Shown here in pieces: positions 57,109 to 64,000 of a stretch of DNA of 64,000 bases (positions within the stretch are counted from its first letter, which is position 1; the number at the start of each line of letters is the position of its first letter). Both the position numbers and the translations under genes were made by a program. The notes beneath the pieces are model-generated. The model worked only from the letters and a program-made list of their open reading frames with translations. It made no database searches and had not been told where the DNA came from. The DNA is taken from assembly GCA_903893485.1 (NCBI GenBank), contig CAITMK010000012.1, positions 83,469-147,468 on the forward strand, read 5' to 3'. The DNA is from Candidatus Magasanikiibacteriota bacterium (GTDB lineage: Bacteria; Patescibacteriota; Patescibacteriia; Magasanikbacterales; 2-02-FULL-50-9b).

Positions 57109-58297
57109 TCGCGCGCTCGAGCTGCCAAAAAATTTTAAGCGCATGTTTTGGATACAAGCGCTCATGAATTTTAAATTGCTCAACACAATCATTTCAATTT
57201 TTTATGCGCATCGTGGACTTTCGCTCCGCGAGATTTTTTTACTCGGCGTGGTTTTTGCAATTACTAATTTACTTTTTGAAATTCCATCAAGTTACGCCGC
57301 AGACAAATGGGGGCGCAAAAAAACAATTGCGGTTGCGGTAGTATTTTTGCTCCTCAGTAGTGTGTGTGATTATTTCGCGCATTCATTTTTATTTTTTGTG
57401 ATGGATCTTGCTTGTTATGCACTGTCATATTCATTCATGACCGGCACGGATGATGCGCTTATTTATGATACGGCACGCGAGTTGGGGCAAGAAAAAAATA
57501 GTGCAAAAGAGCTCGGGAATTATTATTCTGCACAGCGTTTTTTTAAAATTGTAACACCACTTATGGCAGTTGCAATTGCAAGTGGCATGCTTGAATGGCA
57601 ATTTAAAACAATTATCGTGATTGAGTTTGTGACCACAATGGCCGCGCTTCCATTTGTATGGCGAATCGTTGAACCGGTACATAAAATGGAGGTAGAAAAA
57701 GTGGAAGCAGGTATTATTTTAGATGCCTGGAATTTGATTCGTAATGATTGGGATTTAATACGGATGATTCTAAATCGTACCATCATGTTCACGGCAAGTT
57801 TTTTAATTTGGCGCATTCATCAGGAATATTTTTTGAGCATTGGCGTGCCGGTATGGACGCTTGGCATTATGTGGGCACTTTTGCATCTTGCGCTGTATGT
57901 GGGTAACCGTAAAATCGATGGCATATTGCCACGGTTTAGTGCAGAACAAAAAATTAATGCGTTGAATACTATTTTTGTTCTTGGGGCGATTGCTTTTACC
58001 ATTTTCGCTTTTGAGGGGGCAAATAAATGGTTACTCATTGCTTCATTTAGTATTTTTACGGTTGCTGAAACGGCGCGTTGGTCTTTATTTTCTGATCTTT
58101 TTAATAAACGTAGTAAATCTTATAATCGTGCCACAACGCTTTCGCTTACAAACTTGCTAAAAAGTTTTTTTGATGTACCACTAGCCCTTGGCGCTGCAGC
58201 CATTGTTGCATTTGGACCGCCATATGTTTTTCTTTTTGTAACCACAATTGCTGTCGCTATTGCCATTTTCATGCCGGTTAAAAAAACACGCGTATGA
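57062..58297 (+). CDS. MFS-type transporter
   Basis: 12 TM helices. ADKWGRKKT (D-x-x-GR-K MFS motif). The start probably lies downstream of 57062. Confidence 0.55.
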   Translation: MRRARQAMSQIMKTFNRALELPKNFKRMFWIQALMNFKLLNTIISIFYAHRGLSLREIFLLGVVFAITNLLFEIPSSYAADKWGRKKTIAVAVVFLLLSSVCDYFAHSFLFFVMDLACYALSYSFMTGTDDALIYDTARELGQEKNSAKELGNYYSAQRFFKIVTPLMAVAIASGMLEWQFKTIIVIEFVTTMAALPFVWRIVEPVHKMEVEKVEAGIILDAWNLIRNDWDLIRMILNRTIMFTASFLIWRIHQEYFLSIGVPVWTLGIMWALLHLALYVGNRKIDGILPRFSAEQKINALNTIFVLGAIAFTIFAFEGANKWLLIASFSIFTVAETARWSLFSDLFNKRSKSYNRATTLSLTNLLKSFFDVPLALGAAAIVAFGPPYVFLFVTTIAVAIAIFMPVKKTRV

Positions 58298-58836
58298 TTT
58301 ATATTTTTCCCACTGAAACTTCATACGGTATTGGCTGCGATGCGCGTGACGCGGCAGCGGTTAGAAAAGTTTTTGAAATAAAAAAACGCGCACCAGAAAA
58401 ATCCGTGCCACTGATTGCGGCAAACGCAGAAATGGTTGCAAAATATGTTGACGCGGCGGTTTGGCAAAACCTTGAAGTTGAGCGCGCGGTGCAAAATTTT
58501 TGGCCCGGCGCGTTAACATTAGTTTTGCCCGCAAATGATTTTGCGCGCCGCACACTTGCGCCGCAAACCATTGCGGCAGATAATACCATTGCAATTCGCG
58601 TATCCGGCCACGCGGCAGCGCGTGATCTTTCGGCACAAATTGGCGCGCCGATTGTTGCAACCTCGGCAAATGTGGCGGGAGATCCTGCAGCGTACACCGC
58701 AGCAGATGCACAAAAATTAATTGGCGTGGATACATTTCTGGATGGCGGCGATTTGCCACTCGCCCCCGCATCAACCATCGTTCGATTTACTAACAACACT
58801 TGGGAAATTATTCGCCAAGGCTCAATAAAATTATAA
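58294..58836 (+). CDS. tsaC: L-threonylcarbamoyladenylate synthase (YrdC/TsaC domain)
   Basis: IFPTETSYGIGCDA...FWPGALTLVLP...IAIRVSGH...SANVAG. Confidence 0.8.
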   Translation: MIYIFPTETSYGIGCDARDAAAVRKVFEIKKRAPEKSVPLIAANAEMVAKYVDAAVWQNLEVERAVQNFWPGALTLVLPANDFARRTLAPQTIAADNTIAIRVSGHAAARDLSAQIGAPIVATSANVAGDPAAYTAADAQKLIGVDTFLDGGDLPLAPASTIVRFTNNTWEIIRQGSIKL

Positions 58837-58837
58837 T

Positions 58838-59674
58838 ATGTTAACGCGTGGATTCGTCGAAAATAAAATCAAAACGCTTGGTTTGCGCCCTTCGCGCGGC
58901 AACGGACAAAACTTTTTAATTGAACAGCATCCGCTTGATGAAATTATTGGTGCGGCAGAAGTTCACGCGGATGATCATGTCTTGGAAATTGGGCCGGGTC
59001 TTGGCGCGCTCACTGAAGATCTTATCAAAACGGGCGCTGAAGTGACCGCGATAGAATTTGATCCAAAACTTGCGGCGCTGCTCACGGCCATGTACGAAAA
59101 AAATCCACGCGTGCATATCATCCAGGGTAATGCGTTGCATGTGGCGACCCCAGATTTTTTGGCTGGCCTTAAAAAATACAAAATTGTTGCAAATATTCCG
59201 TATCACATTACCAGCGATTTGTTGCGCCATTTTACGGATTGCCCATTTCCACCAACACGCATGTGTTTGCTGATTCAAAAAGAAGTTGCCGAACGAATTA
59301 CCGCACTTCCGCCAAACATGAGCCAGCTTGCATTCTTTTCACAGTGGTTTGCGGATATCACGTATATTGCGACGGTGCCGCGCACTGCTTTTTTGCCAGC
59401 ACCAGAGGTTGATTCAGCAATTATTCGCCTAGACCTCGGACAGGGAAGGGCAGCGGCAGACAAACTCTCGCCGCAAGAACAAAAAGAAGTTTTTTCTTTA
59501 GTGAAACGGGGCTTCTCGAACCCTCGCAAACAGCTTGCAAACAATTTAACCATTAAAAAATTTCCTCACGCGGCAGAAAAATTTGATTTTTCACGTCGCG
59601 CCGAAACACTTTCCGTAGAGGAGTGGATAACATTGTATAAATTACTTGGCCAGACACCAAAAAATAACGTATAA
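58838..59674 (+). CDS. rsmA: 16S rRNA (adenine1518/1519-N6)-dimethyltransferase
   Basis: GQNFLIEQH...LEIGPGLGALT...VANIPYHITSDLL. Confidence 0.85.
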   Translation: MLTRGFVENKIKTLGLRPSRGNGQNFLIEQHPLDEIIGAAEVHADDHVLEIGPGLGALTEDLIKTGAEVTAIEFDPKLAALLTAMYEKNPRVHIIQGNALHVATPDFLAGLKKYKIVANIPYHITSDLLRHFTDCPFPPTRMCLLIQKEVAERITALPPNMSQLAFFSQWFADITYIATVPRTAFLPAPEVDSAIIRLDLGQGRAAADKLSPQEQKEVFSLVKRGFSNPRKQLANNLTIKKFPHAAEKFDFSRRAETLSVEEWITLYKLLGQTPKNNV

Positions 59675-59701
59675 TACGTTTGCGCTTTTGCGTGAACACG
59701 T

Positions 59702-60352
59702 GTGTCAGATCAAGACGAATTATTTTCACATCCAGAAGATCACCAACCGCACCCATACCGTACGGTTCTTATTGTTGTAATCTTGGTTTTATTTACGGTT
59801 ACGATTTTGGCGCAATTTAAATCAACGTTTAAGTCATACGACAAACGGGTGATTGGTGCGCCAGTCCTTACCGCCGACGAACAACAAAAAAATCAGATCG
59901 ACGCTTTGAAAAAGACGGACACGGATGGCGATGGGCTATCGGATTATGATGAATTATATATTTATCACACTAGCCCATACCTAAAAGATACCGATGGTGA
60001 TGGTATTCCGGACGGTGAAGAAATAAAACGTGGCACCGACCCACTTTGTGCCGAAGGCAAGCAGTGCGGAATTAATCTTACTGCAGACACGGGCAGTGCA
60101 AGTTCAACGGCACCAGCGTCAGCGCCAGCTCCTGCCGCCGATACAACCGTTCAGGCTCTTGCGCCGCAAGTTACCGGCCCCGCGCCAACCGCTTCGTCGC
60201 TCTCGCAGTTCACCACCGCTCAAATTCGTGACGCATTGGTTGCGAATGGAGTTCCAAAAGACAAAATAGACGCATTATCCGATGCGCAACTTCTGCAACT
60301 TATGCAAGAAGCGCAAACGGGTGCGGCAACCTCAACAGCCACTCCTCAATAA
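59702..60352 (+). CDS. membrane-anchored protein with thrombospondin type-3-like Ca-binding repeats
   Basis: TM VLIVVILVLFTVTILA. DTDGDGLSDYDE and DTDGDGIPDGEE repeats. P/A/T-rich tail. Confidence 0.5.
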   Translation: MSDQDELFSHPEDHQPHPYRTVLIVVILVLFTVTILAQFKSTFKSYDKRVIGAPVLTADEQQKNQIDALKKTDTDGDGLSDYDELYIYHTSPYLKDTDGDGIPDGEEIKRGTDPLCAEGKQCGINLTADTGSASSTAPASAPAPAADTTVQALAPQVTGPAPTASSLSQFTTAQIRDALVANGVPKDKIDALSDAQLLQLMQEAQTGAATSTATPQ

Positions 60353-60358
60353 TAGCCT

Positions 60359-63300
60359 ATGTTGCGTTCATTTTTTCAAAAATATTCAAAACAGGTCATA
60401 GTGCTTTCATTGGTTGCAACATTGGTGTTTCCAAATATTGCGAGTGCACAGTTGGTTACCACAGATCCTGTTGTAACCGGTTGGACAACGGCTAAATTTA
60501 TTTCAGATAAGGCGTACCAAACAATTGTTCCAGTATTGCAAAATGCAGCAACCGTGGCCGTCGTTAACGTGAGTCAACAAGTTGCTCGTGATGCCGCAGA
60601 ATCCGTGGCAACATGGATTACCTCCGGCGGTAAGGGTCAGAATCCATTGCAATACATGAAGAGTCCAACGGATTATATTAAATCTGCTGGTGCGCAAGGC
60701 CTTGGCGATTTTTTGGGTAATTATTCGCAGGCACTTGGCCTCGGTGACTTTTTATGTCACCCAACCGTTGGCGCAATTGCGGTTCCAACGGGTCTTTTGG
60801 ATTTGTTTAGTCCGCCAGACATCAATATTAATGCAAACATCGATTTAGGATTGCCACCTGCAATTACCGTGCAACCAAAATGTGATTTTCAAAGTGTTTT
60901 GGATTCATATGATGCGTTGGGCACATCAGTTAGCCAGACCTCAGATCAATTATTAGGTTCAATTGGCGATATTGCAAAAAAGGGTGGAGAAATCGACAGT
61001 GTCATGGCCGATCAAATGCAAGCGTTTACTAAAATGCAGATTTCAGCGTCACAAACTGCAGCCACACTTGCCGCAAGTCCATCTCATGCGCCGGTAGTTT
61101 CTCCAATTTCAGGTGATATTTTGCGCCCAGGTTCATTGGTTGCGATCGAAGCTTCTGCAAATACTGCAAAAGCGCAACAAGAAAAAGAAACGCAAACCAT
61201 GTCAGGTCTTTTAGCGTCAGGCGCAAGTGCAATTCCATCAATCTTTGCTTCAACGTTGTTTAACAGCCTTTCCAAAAAAATAATGGAGCGCTTGTTTAGT
61301 GGTAAGGGTGATGTGCCATCATCAGAAGAAAAGCTTGGTTTAAATTTGGCAAACGCGTTTGGCGCAGGCGGACGTGCTGTTGCAAATGGCACCGCATCAA
61401 CTAATATTTTTACGAGCACAAAAACCGCAACGGTTTCAGAAGGCGATTGGGATCAACTTACCGTATTTTCATCTTGCCCAACAGAATTTGCCCAAGCTGA
61501 TAACTGTGTCATCGAACAAGGTTTTGCCTCGGCGATCCGTAACGCACAAACGGGAAATGCGCTTACCGTTAAAGATGCACTTGCCAACGGCACACTTCAT
61601 GGCGATTGGGAATTGGTGCCACCATCGCAAGTCGCCCAAAACGAAGATCCAAACTGCTACAAGAGTTCATATTGTTACAGCAACTTGGTTAAATTGCGTA
61701 AGGCGCGTATTATTCCAATTGGATGGGAAATCGCAGCCGCAAATTCCGATGGCAATGGCAAAGTCACGCTTGGTTTAGTTGCTTCTAAATTTAATGATTG
61801 TGCCTACGTAAAAAATGTTCCAACACGCGATCCCCAGCACCCTTATTGTCATTTGATTGATCCAGATTGGGTACTCAAAATGCCACAAACAGTTTGTCGC
61901 GCGAAAGTATACGGCAGCGTGCCAGAAAGTTCACAAGGTGCTTCACGTCAGCAAGAATGTGCCGACGAAACGTCATGTTTGCAAGAAGATTCAACCGGGC
62001 AGTGTACTGGTGCCTACGGCTACTGCATGCGTGAGAGAAATACCTTTACCTTCGACGCGCCTTCATGTCCTGCGCAATTTGCAGGTTGCCGTACGTTTAG
62101 CAACAAACAATCCGGCGAGGTAAATCTTATCGAATCAACCGTTGATTCGTCACAGTGTACTGCAGCAAACGCTGGTTGTACCGGCTATATTACTGATTAT
62201 AAAGGTGGGGCATACGATCAAACGAGTACCAAAATTTATCTTAACGCATCGGCTCCAACTTGTGAGGCGAAAAATATTGGTTGTACCGAAGTTACGGATA
62301 CAAATAACGCGCAAACCGCATTTGTACGTTTGCCACCTGCAACATTAGGCTGTAAAGGTGAATCAACTGATCCGGTACAATGTGCTGATTATGCTCAGGC
62401 GTGTACTGTCGATGAAGTTGGTTGTGAATTATACAAACCAACCGAGGGTGCGGATCCAGCGGTCCCTGGTATCGCAACATTTGCAACTCGCGATAGCACG
62501 GGCGCCGTAACAAATGGTGAATGGAACAACGAATGTCCAAGCGAATGTGTGGGCTATGCTTCATATTACCAGGTTCCAACGCAATCCGAGCCAACTCAAA
62601 ATGTAACGACCGCATTTATTCCAAGAAGTGCTACCGAATGTACTCAAGAAGATGCTGGTTGTGATGCATATTTGAATACCGACACATCGGCAAAAGGTGC
62701 GGGTAAAACAGATTATTACACGCAATTGCAGCGTTGCCGAAAGCCAGATGACACGGGTATTAATTTTGCAACATTTTATACGTGGGAAGGTTCCGACAAT
62801 CAAGGCTATCAGTTGCATCAGCATGCACTGGTTACCGATCCTGCAGACGGAAGCCCAGTATATGATGCGGCGAGTGCAGATATTACAACATATAATACCG
62901 CATGTAATGAAACAACCTATAAAAATGATCGCTTAATAAACGGCAAACCAAATCCAAATTTTGATCCAGATTGTCGTGAATTGCTCAGCAATACCGGCGG
63001 TGGCGCAAGCACGGGTAAAACTTTTTATCGCCTGATTTCAAAAACCTTGCCAGTTTCAGCTGATTGTACTTCATACCGTAAAGAAAGCGTGACTCAGTCT
63101 GATTGTGAGGCAAGCCGTGGCGTATTCTCGTCCGGCGCTTGCGCATACGAAGCAATTCCAGCTCAGTCGCTTACCTGTAAAGCAGAATCTGTTGGTTGCC
63201 GTGGGTATCAGGGTGCAACAGCTGCTGATGCGCAAAACATTTTGACTGATAATTTTAGTACGCTTGGTAGCTGGACCGGCGGTATTCTTTCTGCCGAAGG

Positions 63301-64000
63301 TATTACGGTTGGCGATACCGTACTTAAAGTTACCGACGCAACCGCTGGCGGTAAACATGCCATTAAGCTTGCGGGCGGAAAAACATATAATCTGCGGTTT
63401 TGGGCAAAAGGCGTAAATACGTTTGACGTTGCAATTACAAGCCCAAACAATGGTGGCGCCGTGTACAAATTTAGTCAGGTTTCACAAACATTGGCTCCAG
63501 AGTGGCGTGCTTACGAGTTAAATTCGGTGAGTATTCCAAATGCAGATGATTCGGCGATTATTAGCTTCATTCCATCAAGCACAGCAAATTCAGTTTTATA
63601 CGTCGATAACGTAACGCTCAAGGAACAAGGTGAGGTGCTTTACGAAATTCGTGACTCATGGAAAACGCCAACGTCTTGTGATCCAAATCCAGGCGATGGC
63701 ATGCCAGGCCCTGCGCTTAACTGTCGTGAATATCAGCCGCAATCTGATACCAAAAAACCAACCGTATATTTGACCAGCTTCACTAATTTGTGTCGCCCAC
63801 AATCCGCGGGTTGTTCACGGTATCAAAATACTTATAATACCCAGGAAATTACCGAACGCACCGTTCCTGTTTCGAAAGATGGCAAAATTACCAAAACAAT
63901 TCCAGCGGATGATTTTGCGTACGTAATTGCAAAACCATCGGCATTCTGTACACAAGACAAAAAAGGTTGTAGCGCGCTTGGCGTTGAATCTTCGGATGCG
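60359..64000 (+). CDS. very large secreted Cys-rich protein, 3'-truncated by the window end (absent from the supplied ORF track)
   Basis: Manual frame-2 translation from the ATG at 60359 (MLRSFFQKYSKQVIVLSLVATLVFPNIASAQ signal peptide) runs without a stop to 64000, more than 1213 aa. Recurrent C-x-C-rich blocks (CTGAYGYC, CPAQFAGC, CKGESTDPVQCADYAQACTVDEVGCELY). A CBM_4_9-like jelly-roll region (...TYNLRFWAKGVNTFDV...SVLYVDNVTL). Confidence 0.6.
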   Translation, partial: MLRSFFQKYSKQVIVLSLVATLVFPNIASAQLVTTDPVVTGWTTAKFISDKAYQTIVPVLQNAATVAVVNVSQQVARDAAESVATWITSGGKGQNPLQYMKSPTDYIKSAGAQGLGDFLGNYSQALGLGDFLCHPTVGAIAVPTGLLDLFSPPDININANIDLGLPPAITVQPKCDFQSVLDSYDALGTSVSQTSDQLLGSIGDIAKKGGEIDSVMADQMQAFTKMQISASQTAATLAASPSHAPVVSPISGDILRPGSLVAIEASANTAKAQQEKETQTMSGLLASGASAIPSIFASTLFNSLSKKIMERLFSGKGDVPSSEEKLGLNLANAFGAGGRAVANGTASTNIFTSTKTATVSEGDWDQLTVFSSCPTEFAQADNCVIEQGFASAIRNAQTGNALTVKDALANGTLHGDWELVPPSQVAQNEDPNCYKSSYCYSNLVKLRKARIIPIGWEIAAANSDGNGKVTLGLVASKFNDCAYVKNVPTRDPQHPYCHLIDPDWVLKMPQTVCRAKVYGSVPESSQGASRQQECADETSCLQEDSTGQCTGAYGYCMRERNTFTFDAPSCPAQFAGCRTFSNKQSGEVNLIESTVDSSQCTAANAGCTGYITDYKGGAYDQTSTKIYLNASAPTCEAKNIGCTEVTDTNNAQTAFVRLPPATLGCKGESTDPVQCADYAQACTVDEVGCELYKPTEGADPAVPGIATFATRDSTGAVTNGEWNNECPSECVGYASYYQVPTQSEPTQNVTTAFIPRSATECTQEDAGCDAYLNTDTSAKGAGKTDYYTQLQRCRKPDDTGINFATFYTWEGSDNQGYQLHQHALVTDPADGSPVYDAASADITTYNTACNETTYKNDRLINGKPNPNFDPDCRELLSNTGGGASTGKTFYRLISKTLPVSADCTSYRKESVTQSDCEASRGVFSSGACAYEAIPAQSLTCKAESVGCRGYQGATAADAQNILTDNFSTLGSWTGGILSAEGITVGDTVLKVTDATAGGKHAIKLAGGKTYNLRFWAKGVNTFDVAITSPNNGGAVYKFSQVSQTLAPEWRAYELNSVSIPNADDSAIISFIPSSTANSVLYVDNVTLKEQGEVLYEIRDSWKTPTSCDPNPGDGMPGPALNCREYQPQSDTKKPTVYLTSFTNLCRPQSAGCSRYQNTYNTQEITERTVPVSKDGKITKTIPADDFAYVIAKPSAFCTQDKKGCSALGVESSDA

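Overview
The window is a bacterial chromosomal segment from an unidentified organism; gene content (short YidC, huge GLUG/DUF285/DUF3494 surface proteins with peptidoglycan-binding tails) loosely suggests an uncultivated, possibly Patescibacteria/CPR-like lineage, but that is inference. Backbone genes run at about 48-50% GC and are mostly on the + strand: valS, tyrS, a HisC-like aminotransferase, argS, bactofilin, pyrG, nusA, yidC, groES-groEL (with a CIRCE operator), nth, prfB, tsaC and rsmA. Three tRNA genes are present: Leu-GAG, Val-TAC and Val-GAC. The backbone is interrupted by several GC-rich (about 60-65%) gene cassettes of unknown function, one of which carries a near-identical 42-bp terminator hairpin twice. 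It is also interrupted by an AT-rich (about 32%) three-gene islet that encodes a cytoplasmic trypsin-like protease, frameshifted in an A5 run. The most unusual observation is an in-frame insertion of about 195 aa, a complete histidine-phosphatase (PGAM/SixA/CobC-type) domain, inside the catalytic core of valyl-tRNA synthetase. Other notable items are a 12.2-kb gene for a 4081-aa GLUG-repeat surface protein, a C-terminal 'GC-D-x-ALNY...CMYA + PG_binding' tail shared by three unrelated secreted proteins, a pair of DUF3592-like membrane paralogs flanking a GC-rich coiled-coil gene, a pyrG leader terminator that may be an attenuator, and a Myxococcus-type Cys-rich acidic lipoprotein. A >1200-aa secreted ORF (60359 to the window end) is absent from the supplied ORF track. 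No CRISPR array, transposase, integrase or reverse transcriptase was recognised.
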